A stretch of 64,000 nt of DNA from Candidatus Marinacidobacterales bacterium (GCA_965237955.1 OZ250169.1:3936001-4000000), one strand, 5' to 3'. Counted from the first letter of the stretch, positions 51,371 to 61,201 are shown. Notes: generated by a model not told the origin, from the sequence alone. A program made the numbers and translations.

Positions 51371-53095
51371 GAGCTCGACTTCTTCTTCTTCTTCTTCTTC
51401 TTCTTCTGCTGCTGCTGCTGGCGTGCGTGCTCGTGGCCGCGCCGCTCGCCGCCGATCGCGGCGGATATCGCATCGCAAGCTTCGACGTCGAGCTCACGGT
51501 GGAGGCGAATGCCGATCTCCTCGTGCAAGAGCGCCTCGTCGTCGACTTCTCGGAAGCTCGACACGGTATCTATCGCACCATCCCCGTTCGCTATACCGAT
51601 CCCCGCGGCTATCTCTACTCACTCGAGTTTCGTCTCCTCGATGTGGTTGACGACAGCGGCGGTGCTCACACGACCCACGTCACCCGCGAGGGGAAATACG
51701 TGAAGATCGGGATTGGGCACCCGAACCGAACCGTCCACGGCCGTGTGGTCTACGTCGTGCGCTATCGGGTTCGAGACGCGGTAGCGCATTTCGCGGAGCA
51801 CGATGAGCTCTACTGGAATGCGACCGGCAACGAGTGGCAGGCTCCGATCGATGCGGCTTCTGCGCGCGTCGAGCTACCGGCGCCCGTTGCTCGAGACGAG
51901 ATCGAGGCGGTCGCTTACACGGGTGCCTTTGGCAGCCGCGAGCAAGAAGCCATCGTCGATTACCCCGAAGAATCCGTTATCACCTACTGGGCATCGAGCT
52001 CTCTCGCTCCGCTCCGGGGGTTGACCATCGTGGCCGCTTGGCCGCACGGAGTCGTCACATTTCCGGGCACCGCCGGAAGAACAACGCGATTTGTCGCCGA
52101 CAACTGGATCGTCCTCGCTCCGCTCTTGGCGCGTCGTTATTGGACGGCAGGCCGCGATCCTCGAGGGCCGGCGTCGGTCGTCGTGCGCTACGAGCCGCCG
52201 CCCGATCTCACCCCCGGTGAAATCGGCGCTCTCGTCGACGAGCGTGTCGATCTCCGAGACCTGACGGCGACGGTCGTCGATCTCGCGATCAAAGGCTATT
52301 TGCGGATCCGCGTGGACCAGAAGGATCGCCTTTTTGGTCTTCTCAAGAAAGACGAGACCTGGTTCGAGCGAAGCGATCGCTCGTGGGACGATCTACGCGA
52401 CTACGAACAGAAAGTGCTCTCGGGAATCTTCGCGAGTGGAAGCCTTGTTTCGACGGATGACCTCGAGGAAAAGTTTCTACAAGCAGATCCAGGGAATACG
52501 AGACGCGCTCTGGGAAGACCTCGCGAACCGTCGCTATGTCGCCGGAAAGCCGAACGCGGTGCGGCGCCTATGGAAGATCCTCGGTGTCGTTGCCGGTGTA
52601 CTCACCGTGGCCATCGGCTACGGGTGGGCGGCCTTTCGAGGCGCTATCTTCCCGCAGGCGCTTGTTCTGCCGATCGTAGCGGGCGTGGTCGTGGCTTTTC
52701 TCTTTCTCGTCTTTTCGCGTGGGATGCCGCGACGTACACGCAAAGGCGTGGAGCTCCGGGCGTGGGCTCTCGGGTTCGAGGAGTTCGTCGATCGTGTCGA
52801 GCGCGAAAACCTCGAGGCTCAACGTCAGAGAAACGTCTTCGAAGCTCTTTTGCCGTACGCCATGGCCCTCGGCGTCGCCGCGGCGTGGGCCCGCCAATTC
52901 GAGGGGATTTACGCGACCGCTCCTCCGGTGTGGTTTCATGGTCATTCGGCATCGACATCCGGATTCTCCACACCGAGGTTCGAGCGCACTTTGAGCACCG
53001 CGATGTCGCGGGCAGGAACCGGCATGACCGCCGCCCCGCGCTCACAAGGCTCGAGTGGCTTCGGTGGCGGCGGCGGAGGTGGTGGCTCCTGGTGA
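51367..53095 (+). CDS. DUF2207 membrane protein, frameshift at ~52478
   Basis: HGIYRTIP, DELYWNATG, LLPYAMALGV, C-terminal GGGGGGGSW; follows lemA. Confidence 0.82.
51379..51420 (+). repeat. (CTT)9(CTG)5 trinucleotide tract encoding poly-Leu in the signal peptide
   Basis: Read directly from the sequence. Confidence 0.8.
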
Positions 53096-53279
53096 GCGAT
53101 CGACCGATATGTTGCAGATAAGCAGCATGACGGCGAGGTATTTCCCGAAAAGGACAGCGACGATTGCGATCGCAGCGGCGATGCTTCCCGGGCCGATCTG
53201 ATCGGATTCGGCCTGAAGCTCGTTATCCGTGTGCCTCTTTACACCAAAAGCCGATTCTTGTGAAGAGGATACAGGTAGT

Positions 53280-53870
53280 TCAAGCCCGAAGCCGCGACAG
53301 GAGAACGTCGGCGTCCGGTGGTCTCTGTACACGCGCGGTCGCGGACAGAAGATTTTTGGGATCGGCATCGGCCTCGAGAGTGAGCCGCTCGCACCCTTGA
53401 TACAACCTGTCGAGAAACGGGTGCAGCGTTTCCTCCAGCGTGTTCGCGCAAGCGGTCGTGCTCGGAGCGAGAAGACGGTTGCGGATGCGGAACGACACCT
53501 CGTCCACGCGAAACTCGAGAGCGCCTTTCAAGGTTGGCTCCTCTTCGAGAAACCGGCAGGCGGTGAGCGCGGCGCGAAAAGCGGCGCCGAGGCGGGTCAC
53601 CGGGTCGTCGTCGGACGCGCGCTTGCGGGAGTAGACAAGACTCGGACGGCCGTTCTGCCTCAGAGCGTAGTCTGCGGCGTGGCAAACGAGGACGACACCG
53701 GGGCCGTGGCGGACATGCCGGTAGTCCGCGACGTCGATGGGGATCTCGTCTTTCAGGCGGTCCTCTTGAATCCAGCGATGAAATATCGTGACCACGGCGT
53801 CGGGGTCGACGCGGGACGACTCGTCGGCGTAGAACTTCACCGTAATCTGGTGGGCATCGAGTGGTTGCAT
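53280..53870 (-). CDS. Conserved hypothetical protein downstream of the sulfite/nitrite reductase
   Basis: FHRWIQ...IDVADYRHV.HGPGV; AGGAG RBS. Confidence 0.7.
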   Translation of the reverse strand: MQPLDAHQITVKFYADESSRVDPDAVVTIFHRWIQEDRLKDEIPIDVADYRHVRHGPGVVLVCHAADYALRQNGRPSLVYSRKRASDDDPVTRLGAAFRAALTACRFLEEEPTLKGALEFRVDEVSFRIRNRLLAPSTTACANTLEETLHPFLDRLYQGCERLTLEADADPKNLLSATARVQRPPDADVLLSRLRA

Positions 53871-53880
53871 GGGCTCCTGG

Positions 53881-56133
53881 CTAGACTTCGGCCATACGCC
53901 CGTAACAGGCGTGCGTGGCTTCGATGAACAGTTGCGCTTCTTCGATGAGGTGATGCGCAGCGTCCGCGCTCACGTCATCGAGAATCTCTTTGTGAGTTCG
54001 GAACAGGTAGTGGGCGAACTTTCCGCCGGCGAAGCGGTCGAAGAAGAGTTTGGTGTCGTAGAACCGGCTTTTGAACTCGTCCACGATCCGCGAGGGGTCG
54101 CCGTTCACGTCCGTACTCTGGGTGTGCACCAGCGCTGCTGCGGCGGACACCATGGCATCGTAGGCGCCCCCGGCGGCGCCTTGGGCATCTCCACGTTCCA
54201 GTTGAAGCTGTGCTTCGAAAACGCGCCTCTCGCTCGCCGCGACCTCGAACGCGAACCGGGAGATGACCTCGCCCGCGCACTCGCCACGACCCATGTCCCC
54301 GATGGTGAACTCGCGCGGGTCACCCCAGTCGGAGTAAAGAGACGAGTCCTCCTCGTAGGCGGGAACATTCATCAAGTCGTCGAGCAGGACACGAACTTTG
54401 TCTTTGCCCATGCTCCGAATCAACGAGGAGAACGTCTGCCCCGACTGCGCCTCTCGCCGGTAGAGATCCGTGAGCCTGGTGACGACCTCGGGGATGCGTT
54501 TCGAGGGCACGGCGCCAATGGCTAAACCGAACGATTTTGCGTTCTCGGTCCATTGCCCGCCGAGCACGACCTGGAAGTGCGGGACCGTTCGTCTGTCGAA
54601 CTGGCGGCTCACGCCATAGAAGCCCACGTCGGCAACATGGTGTTGGCCGCACGAGTTGAAACAGCCACTCACTTTGATGTGAAGGTCTTTCACGGCGGTG
54701 TCGGAGGCCAGGTCCTGCGCCAGGAGGCGGTCTCTGAGCTGGGAGGCGAGGCCGCGCGACGAGGCGATGCCGAGCTTGCAGGTATCGGTTCCAGGGCAAG
54801 CGGTAACGTCCACGATCGTGCCGGCGCCCGGTTGTGCGAGCCCGATGGAATCGAGCGCGGTGAAGAGCTTCGGAAGATGCGCTTCGGCGACGTAGCGAAG
54901 CACGAAGTTCTGTTCCACGGTGGTGCGAAGCGTGTCGCCGCTGGACTTGCCGAACACTCGCGCGACCTCGGCGAGTGCCCTCGCCTGGTGGGCCGAGATG
55001 TCTCCGAGCGGAAGCGTCACCACGGCCACGGCATAGCCCTCTTGGCGCTGCGGACGGACGTTCGTCGCTTTCCATGCGTCGAATGCTGGCGGCACGTCGG
55101 GTGCGTCAACGTCGAGCGTTAACGGCGGCGGCGTCACGAGCTCGCCATCGCCTTCGCTCAGGTACTCCGTCCAGCGAGAATCTCCCGGCAATTTCCTTCT
55201 TTCTTCGAGAACGAGACGCCGGAGCTCGTCGATGCCCAGTTTTTTGACGAGAAACTTCAGCCGGGCCCGCGCGCGGTTTTTCTTCTCACCGAGGCGGGCG
55301 AAAACGCGGCAAATGGCCTGGGCGATCGGAAGGATCTCCTCTTCGGGGAGGAACGGATCGAACAACTTCGCCGGATGCGGAACCGCGCCGAGGCCGCCAC
55401 CAACGTAGAGCTCGAATCCGCGCCGTGTGCGGCCGTCTTCGGTTCGGGTCCGTGCGATGAAACCGAGATCGTGAAACGTGGTGAGCCCGCACGGCTCGTC
55501 CTTGCAGCCGGAAAAAGCAACTTTGAACTTGCGACCAAAGTCCTGGGCATCCGGATGACCCAACAGGAAGTAGGCCATGGCTCTCGCGTAGCGGGTCACG
55601 TCGAACGTTTCACCGCAGCAGACGCCGGCTAGAGGACAGGCGGTCACGTTCCTCACCGAGTTGCCACAGGCTTCGCGGGTGGTGATGCCAACCGCGGCGA
55701 GACGACGCATGACGTCGGGTGTGTCCTCGATGTGGACGTAGTGAAGCTGAAAATCCTGGCGCGTGGTGACGTGGAGCACGCCGGCGGAATACTCTTCGGA
55801 GAGCTCCGCGAGGACGTCGAGCTGATCCGGTGAGACCGACCCGAACGGGATCTTGATGCGTTGCATCCCCGGCGCGTCCCAGAGCGTTTGCAGGCCCTTG
55901 GTGAGCGCCGCCGAAGGGTAGGTGAGTGTGCGCGACTCGTTGCCGTCGTGCCGGTGGCCGTTGTCGTAGCGTTGCCCGTAGACACCTCGGCGAAGGCGGC
56001 TCTCGCCGAAGATCTTCTCGTCGAGCTTTCCCTGCCGGCGAAGCTCGAGCTCGGTCTCGTAGATGTCGATCTCGCGACCGAGATCGGGCGGGATCTGCGC
56101 CCCGAGTTCTTGTTTCCAGGTGAGGATACTCAT
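53881..56133 (-). CDS. Siroheme/[4Fe-4S] sulfite (or nitrite) reductase with C-terminal HEPN-like domain
   Basis: HVTTRQDFQ, REACGNSVRN, RKFK.AFSGC, CPGTDTC, SGCFNSCGQHH. Confidence 0.9.
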   Translation of the reverse strand: MSILTWKQELGAQIPPDLGREIDIYETELELRRQGKLDEKIFGESRLRRGVYGQRYDNGHRHDGNESRTLTYPSAALTKGLQTLWDAPGMQRIKIPFGSVSPDQLDVLAELSEEYSAGVLHVTTRQDFQLHYVHIEDTPDVMRRLAAVGITTREACGNSVRNVTACPLAGVCCGETFDVTRYARAMAYFLLGHPDAQDFGRKFKVAFSGCKDEPCGLTTFHDLGFIARTRTEDGRTRRGFELYVGGGLGAVPHPAKLFDPFLPEEEILPIAQAICRVFARLGEKKNRARARLKFLVKKLGIDELRRLVLEERRKLPGDSRWTEYLSEGDGELVTPPPLTLDVDAPDVPPAFDAWKATNVRPQRQEGYAVAVVTLPLGDISAHQARALAEVARVFGKSSGDTLRTTVEQNFVLRYVAEAHLPKLFTALDSIGLAQPGAGTIVDVTACPGTDTCKLGIASSRGLASQLRDRLLAQDLASDTAVKDLHIKVSGCFNSCGQHHVADVGFYGVSRQFDRRTVPHFQVVLGGQWTENAKSFGLAIGAVPSKRIPEVVTRLTDLYRREAQSGQTFSSLIRSMGKDKVRVLLDDLMNVPAYEEDSSLYSDWGDPREFTIGDMGRGECAGEVISRFAFEVAASERRVFEAQLQLERGDAQGAAGGAYDAMVSAAAALVHTQSTDVNGDPSRIVDEFKSRFYDTKLFFDRFAGGKFAHYLFRTHKEILDDVSADAAHHLIEEAQLFIEATHACYGRMAEV

Positions 56134-56891
56134 ACAGGAACTCCCTTCGATGAAACTTGGCCTTCCGAGCCTTTGGAGATTGTCGCGCCGAGACTGACGA
56201 CGTCGCCGACGATGATCACGCCCGGCGCTCCAGGGAGAGGAACGGGCGTGCGCGCGAGCGTTGCGATGGTCCCGGTCCAAGTGGCGGTGTCGGGCGACGA
56301 GGCGTTGCAGGTGATAGCGGCTGGGGTCTCTCGGCTCCATCCGCGCTCTATCAAGAACTCCGCGAGCGTCGTGCGAGTCGAAAGACCCATCAGCACGACG
56401 AGGGTCACCGAGTGAGGATCGATCGAGCCGAGGACCGTGCCGAGGGCTTCCGGGCTGTGGCCGGAAAGCACGACGAAAGCCGAAGTGAGGCCGCGGTGGG
56501 TCACCGGCATGCCAGCGAGCGCGGGTGCGGCAAGCGCCGAGCTGATGCCGGGCACGATCTCGTAAGGCACACCGGCTCTCGCCAGAGCGAGCGCCTCTTC
56601 GCCGCCTCGACCGAGAACGAACGGGTCGCCGCCCTTGAGGCGGACGAGACGATCGCCTCCGCGCGCAAATTGGATCATGAGCTCATGAATGGCTTCCTGC
56701 TCGATCCTCCCGCAACCCTTCCGTTTCCCGACGTCGAAGCACTGCGCGTCTCGAGCGAGCTTCAACACTTCGTCCGATACCAGCGCGTCGTACAGGACGA
56801 CGACCGCCTCTTCGAGGCGCTTCACCGCCTTCACTGTCAAAAGCTCGGGGTCGCCGGGTCCCGCACCGACGAGAGAGACTAGACCCGTCAT
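56130..56891 (-). CDS. cobA: Uroporphyrinogen-III C-methyltransferase
   Basis: LVGAGPGDPELLT, RLKGGDPFVLGRGGEE, PVTHRG. Confidence 0.92.
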   Translation of the reverse strand: MTGLVSLVGAGPGDPELLTVKAVKRLEEAVVVLYDALVSDEVLKLARDAQCFDVGKRKGCGRIEQEAIHELMIQFARGGDRLVRLKGGDPFVLGRGGEEALALARAGVPYEIVPGISSALAAPALAGMPVTHRGLTSAFVVLSGHSPEALGTVLGSIDPHSVTLVVLMGLSTRTTLAEFLIERGWSRETPAAITCNASSPDTATWTGTIATLARTPVPLPGAPGVIIVGDVVSLGATISKGSEGQVSSKGVPV

Positions 56892-57457
56892 CCGCGCGCT
56901 GCCTTTTCGTAGAGCTGGTTCACCGCTTGGAGGAGCAGAGGATAGCGGCGCTCCATCGGAACGCCCGCGGCCCGCCACTCGCGACGCTTCTCGACCGCGA
57001 GACTCCTCCATCGATCGAGATCGGCAGGGAGGAGCTCGGCGAGAGCTTCGCGCAATAGTCGCGACAGCGCCGGAGCGGCTCCACCGGTCGAGATACTCAC
57101 GGTGACGCCGGAGCGGCGCACCACGGCACCAGCGTAGGCGCTGCAAGACGCTTTGTCGTCTACGGCGATCACGAACCGCCGCCGTTTCTCCGCGACGTTT
57201 GCGACCAGGTGGTTGATCGCAGGCGTCGCCGCGGCAATCACGAACCAGGCGTTTTTGAGATCGCGAGCGTGGAAGGCGCGCCGATGCAACGTGAGGTTCG
57301 GGTGCGTCCAGGCGAAGCCGATCGACGGCGCGACGACGGTGACGCGGGCCCCCGCGTCCAGAAGACTCTTGGTCTTGGACTCTGCCACGGCGCCGCCGCC
57401 GACCACGACAGCGTCCCGTCCGTCGAGGTCGAGAAAAACCGGAAACAGTGCCGGCAT
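56888..57457 (-). CDS. Precorrin-2 dehydrogenase/sirohydrochlorin ferrochelatase (CysG N-terminal type)
   Basis: FPVFLDL.G...VVGGG.VA..K, ISTGGAAP. Confidence 0.88.
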   Translation of the reverse strand: MPALFPVFLDLDGRDAVVVGGGAVAESKTKSLLDAGARVTVVAPSIGFAWTHPNLTLHRRAFHARDLKNAWFVIAAATPAINHLVANVAEKRRRFVIAVDDKASCSAYAGAVVRRSGVTVSISTGGAAPALSRLLREALAELLPADLDRWRSLAVEKRREWRAAGVPMERRYPLLLQAVNQLYEKAARG

Positions 57458-57474
57458 GTTCGTGCTCCTAAAGT

Positions 57475-57511
57475 AAAAAAGGCCCGGCTCCCTTCACAGG
57501 AAGCTGGGCCT
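57475..57511 (-). terminator. Intrinsic terminator/attenuator in the leader of the siroheme-reductase operon
   Basis: GGCCCAGCTTCC-loop-GGGAGCCGGGCC-TTTTTT on the minus strand, just upstream of the RBS. Confidence 0.75.
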
Positions 57512-57534
57512 GGATTGCCGCTTGGGCTAACGAT

Positions 57535-57678
57535 CTACATAGCTACCCCGAGGCTCAGGCTCGCCACTTGGCCGCCCGGCCCGTCGGTCCCGTTCCTATC
57601 AACGCGATGCAGCAATTTCTTGAAGCAAGGCCCAGTCCCGCTGGGCCGGATACACTCGCAATAAATGGAAACTGTCAT
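57535..57678 (-). CDS. Putative Cys-containing leader peptide (47 aa)
   Basis: MTVSIYCECIRPSGTGPCFKK...VAM-stop, ending ~25 nt before the terminator. Confidence 0.55.
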   Translation of the reverse strand: MTVSIYCECIRPSGTGPCFKKLLHRVDRNGTDGPGGQVASLSLGVAM

Positions 57679-57704
57679 CGCAAAACTCTCGAATCAGACA
57701 ACCC

Positions 57705-57773
57705 AATATGACAAAAACCATAGGAGTTGTCAAGTTCGAAGGTCTTGACAAGCGTGCCGGATTGCGCCATGCT
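57705..57773. promoter_or_regulatory. Back-to-back sigma70-type promoters
   Basis: Minus: TTGACA(57733-57728)-17 bp-CATATT. Plus: TTGACA(57745-57750)-17 bp-CATGCT. Confidence 0.65.
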
Positions 57774-57783
57774 GTGTCGAGCG

Positions 57784-57906
57784 ATGAGTTTACTGGCGTG
57801 TACCAACTGCGCATGTAGCGGGCCCGCTCGCACGGGCCAACATGCCACCATGCCAAGATACGCGGGATCGTATCTTGGCCGAGAGGAACTAGCGATTAGC
57901 CGCTAA
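57784..57906 (+). CDS. Putative Cys-containing (near-leaderless) leader peptide (40 aa)
   Basis: MSLLACTNCACSGPARTGQHATMPRYAGSYLGREELAISR-stop. Confidence 0.6.
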   Translation: MSLLACTNCACSGPARTGQHATMPRYAGSYLGREELAISR

Positions 57907-57934
57907 AGCCCAGGCAATCTCACACGGCGTATTG

Positions 57935-57970
57935 GCCCAGGTCGAAAAAGGACCTGGGCTTTTTGCTTTT
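57935..57970 (+). terminator. Intrinsic terminator/attenuator upstream of cysH
   Basis: GCCCAGGTC-GAAAAAG-GACCTGGGC-TTTTTGCTTTT; competing AAAGCCCAGG at 57905. Confidence 0.78.
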
Positions 57971-57985
57971 GTGGCGGAGGTAGAA

Positions 57986-58711
57986 ATGGAAACGGAAACT
58001 CAGTCGGAGCGCCTCGACGAGTTGCACCGAGAGCTGAAGTTACGAGCAACGGTGGAAGTGCTTCGCGTCGTCACGGAACGATTCCGCGACCGAGTGACGA
58101 TGTCCACCGGCTTCGGTGTCTCGGGCTCGGTTCTTCTCGATATCGCCGCGCGCAACGCGATCCCGCTCGACGTCTTCACGCTCGATACCGGACTTTTGTT
58201 CCCCGAGACGTACGCGCTCTGGGAGCAGCTCGAGACCCGGTACGGGATGACGATTCGCGGCGTCCGACCGGCCATGAGTGTCGATGAGCAAGCTCGAAAG
58301 CTCGGCGAGGCGCTCTGGGAGAGAGAGCCGGACGCGTGCTGCCGGCTCCGGAAAGTCGTTCCGCTCGAAGCGGCGCTGAGCGGATTCGATGCGTGGATCA
58401 CGGCGATCCGCCGCGATCAGACCGCGGATCGCGCCGATAGCTCGTGGGCCGAGATCGACGAGCGTTTCGGTGTGGTGAAGGTCAACCCGCTCATCGAATG
58501 GACGTCGGACGACGTCTGGCACTACGTCCGCCGCTACGACGTGCCCTTCAACCCTCTTCACCTGCACGGCTTTCCGAGCATCGGCTGCGGTCCATGCACG
58601 ACGCCAGTCGCTTCGGGCGAGTCGCGCCGCGCCGGTCGATGGCGAGGACGCGGCAAGACCGAGTGCGGGCTCCACGGCCGGCCTCGCTCGGAGACTTCAC
58701 GCGAGAGTTAG
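57986..58711 (+). CDS. cysH: APS/PAPS reductase (Fe-S type)
   Basis: LDTGLLFPETY, CCRLRKVVPL, SIGCGPCT, RAGRW, ECGLH. Confidence 0.93.
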   Translation: METETQSERLDELHRELKLRATVEVLRVVTERFRDRVTMSTGFGVSGSVLLDIAARNAIPLDVFTLDTGLLFPETYALWEQLETRYGMTIRGVRPAMSVDEQARKLGEALWEREPDACCRLRKVVPLEAALSGFDAWITAIRRDQTADRADSSWAEIDERFGVVKVNPLIEWTSDDVWHYVRRYDVPFNPLHLHGFPSIGCGPCTTPVASGESRRAGRWRGRGKTECGLHGRPRSETSRES

Positions 58712-58759
58712 GCGGCCGGTCACCGGCCCATGGTATCGTGCGCCGTCGCGCGGGGATTA

Positions 58760-58915
58760 GAGTAAACGATGTGACGGTATCGTCGAGCTGATCGCTTTGC
58801 TCGAGGTAATCCACGACGCGTCCGATGTGGAAATCCATGTTCTCGACCATGGCTGCGTAGAGCTCCATCGCGCGCGCATACGTTTGCTTCGACTCTTCGT
58901 CGAGGTGTGGAGGGA
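58760..58915 (-). pseudogene. Arylsulfatase internal fragment
   Basis: MELYAAMVENMDFHIGRVVDYLEQSDQLDDT. Confidence 0.65.
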
Positions 58916-58966
58916 GACTCGAGTTGCATCGGCGCTCCCGTGGACGGGCTATACTCGGCACACTCG

Positions 58967-60223
58967 ATGTCTGCACTGTGGCGCCAACTTCGCCGACGCG
59001 GCAACCGTACTCTCGTGGAGCTCGGGTCGCAGTCGGAGAGAGCGGTCGAGACTTCGTTTCGAATACTGCTGCTCAGAGCGCCCGATGCAACCGAGCGTCG
59101 CGACCGCTCACGCGTGCTCGAGGGCGGGCAATCGCCAGACGAGCTCAACCGAAGCCTTTTTGGCTCGGCCGAGTTTCGCCAGGTGCACGACGGACTCACT
59201 GGCAGCGGCGATCTCGGCCGCAATCCCGACGTGGTCGCACGGGAAGTACTTGCGCGCGTCGGCGACCGCGCTACATTCGTTGCGGCTGCCTACCGTTGTC
59301 TTCTTGGACGTGACGCGGACGCGGCCGGCCGTGCGTACTACCTCGAACGTCTCTCCCAGGGCGCGTCTCACCTGAGCGTCATCAAAGCGCTTGCGCTGTC
59401 GGACGAGTTCGATGCGCGGTACAAGGAGATCTGTCCTCAGGTCGGTCTCATTCCCTACGACGCTCAGCTTTGCGAGCTCGCCAATCCTGCGAAGTGGGAC
59501 AACCCCGAGTGGGTGTCCTTGCTGCGATCGGTCGGTACGGTGCCGCCCGACAAGCTATCGATGCATCGCAAAGCCTACGAGTTCACGCAGACGCTCTTCG
59601 GTCTTTCTCGGCTGGACCGGCTGCGGGACGGCGTGCGCATTTTGAGCGTTGGTGCCGGCCATGAAGCCATCCTCTACTGGCTAGCCAACCGCGTCGGTTG
59701 CGTCGTCGCTACGGACATGTACGACACCGAATGGAAAAACGCTCGTGCCGGCGAGGGCGACGAGAACGTCGCTAGACGACCCGAGGAGTTCGCCCCATTT
59801 CCCTACAGACAGGACCACCTAGTCTTTTCGGAGATGAACGGGCGGACGCTCGGATTCCGTGACGAGTCGTTCGACGTCGCCTACTCGCTGTCCTCGATCG
59901 AGCACTTCGGCGGCTTCGAGGGGGGGCGGGATGCGATCGACGAGATGGCGCGCGTCGTCAAGCCTGGCGGGCTAGTCGTGGTCGCGACCGAGTATCTCCT
60001 TGCTGGACCAAGAACCGACGAGACGTTTCCGCCCGACGAGATCCGCGCGCTTGCCGACCGCCCGGGGCTCAAACTCTTGCAGCCCATCGATGAGCACATT
60101 TACGAACGCTACCAGCTGGAGGCCGTCGATCTCCTGACGAACCCGTACCAGACACCGCAGATGTTGGTACGAAATGGCGACACCGTGTTCACGTCGGTGA
60201 TGCTGTTTCTCGAGAAGGCCTAA
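58967..60223 (+). CDS. SAM-dependent methyltransferase with N-terminal DUF4214-like repeats
   Basis: FVAAAYRCLLGRDADAAG..YY...SDEF; MHRKAYE, LSVGAGHE, SLSSIEHFG. Confidence 0.78.
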   Translation: MSALWRQLRRRGNRTLVELGSQSERAVETSFRILLLRAPDATERRDRSRVLEGGQSPDELNRSLFGSAEFRQVHDGLTGSGDLGRNPDVVAREVLARVGDRATFVAAAYRCLLGRDADAAGRAYYLERLSQGASHLSVIKALALSDEFDARYKEICPQVGLIPYDAQLCELANPAKWDNPEWVSLLRSVGTVPPDKLSMHRKAYEFTQTLFGLSRLDRLRDGVRILSVGAGHEAILYWLANRVGCVVATDMYDTEWKNARAGEGDENVARRPEEFAPFPYRQDHLVFSEMNGRTLGFRDESFDVAYSLSSIEHFGGFEGGRDAIDEMARVVKPGGLVVVATEYLLAGPRTDETFPPDEIRALADRPGLKLLQPIDEHIYERYQLEAVDLLTNPYQTPQMLVRNGDTVFTSVMLFLEKA

Positions 60224-60238
60224 CAACCATGAGCAGCT

Positions 60239-60335
60239 CGGTCGAGGTTCCGCTCGTCGCCATCATCGGGTTCAAAGACGGCAAAGTCGCGCACGAGCGC
60301 ATCTACTGGGATCAGGCATCGGTGCTGGTTCATCG
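60239..60335 (+). pseudogene. SnoaL-like/ester cyclase C-terminal fragment
   Basis: RVEVPLVAIIGFKDGKVAHERIYWDQASVL. Confidence 0.55.
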
Positions 60336-61201
60336 TGGGATCCGTGTAAGCCCGTAAGCCCGTCCCTCTGCTCTTCCTTTTTGAGAAACAAGAACGAATC
60401 GAGCCGCTCCAGGCGATCGGTGTTGATGAGATCGACACCCGCGCGGTAGAGCTCTTCCCAGACAGCGGCGTTGTCCGGTGCGGCCCAAAAGCGGACCATG
60501 CGGCCAGAGCGATGGGCCTTCCGAACAATCTCTCGCAGCCTCGTCCTCTCTTCCTTTGGCATCGTCCCATCACCTCGCCACTCGAAATGCTCTTCCCAGT
60601 TGTCGCTGATGAGCGGCATCACGTGGCTGGGTATCCTGGAGTCCAGGTCCGAGAGCCGTCCGTCGATGCCGGCACAACGTAGCTTGTCGGCCGAAATACG
60701 ATCGATTGCCCGGTTGCCGCTAATGACCGCCGTCATGGCGCCCGCTGTCATCCGGTTATCCTGCATGCAGCCGAGGATATCCTTGTATTCGGTCAAAACC
60801 TGACGCAACGCTCTGTAGGTCTCCGAACCGTCGGATTTGATATCGATCAACAGAATTAGCGGCCTGCCTTCGGACCTGCCTTCGGAAAAGACGCGACCGC
60901 CATGAATTTCGATTCGACGACGAAGTGGTTCCAGATACATTGTCGTGAGGGTTTCTTCGGCATGAAGCTTCTCTCGCTCATGGCCCACTAGCAATCTACC
61001 GTCCACGAGAAAGATGTCGACTTCAACGCTGCAGGCGCCGTACTCTAGCGCATCGAGTAGCGGCCTATCATTCAAGAAGTCATTGTGTGCATGAGCACAA
61101 GGCTTTGGTCCGGCCGCGCCCTCCACGCCCCTGGCGAAGTTGAGAAGCGTCAAGGCCGAGACCGCCACCAAAACCGATGAGCAAGAGAGCTTTCGTGTCA
61201 T
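60272..61201 (-). CDS. PI-PLC/glycerophosphodiester phosphodiesterase-like secreted protein
   Basis: AHAHNDF..RPL.DAL, SVEVDI, LLIDIK, RFWAAPD, INTD. Confidence 0.8.
   Translation of the reverse strand: MTRKLSCSSVLVAVSALTLLNFARGVEGAAGPKPCAHAHNDFLNDRPLLDALEYGACSVEVDIFLVDGRLLVGHEREKLHAEETLTTMYLEPLRRRIEIHGGRVFSEGRSEGRPLILLIDIKSDGSETYRALRQVLTEYKDILGCMQDNRMTAGAMTAVISGNRAIDRISADKLRCAGIDGRLSDLDSRIPSHVMPLISDNWEEHFEWRGDGTMPKEERTRLREIVRKAHRSGRMVRFWAAPDNAAVWEELYRAGVDLINTDRLERLDSFLFLKKEEQRDGLTGLHGSHDEPAPMPDPSRCARARLCRL

Noticed and set aside
57475-57700. SAM-I or cobalamin riboswitch upstream of the siroheme genes
   Set aside because: Hallmark motifs (AUCxxGAG...GCAACC; B12 box) not found; a uORF plus terminator fits better
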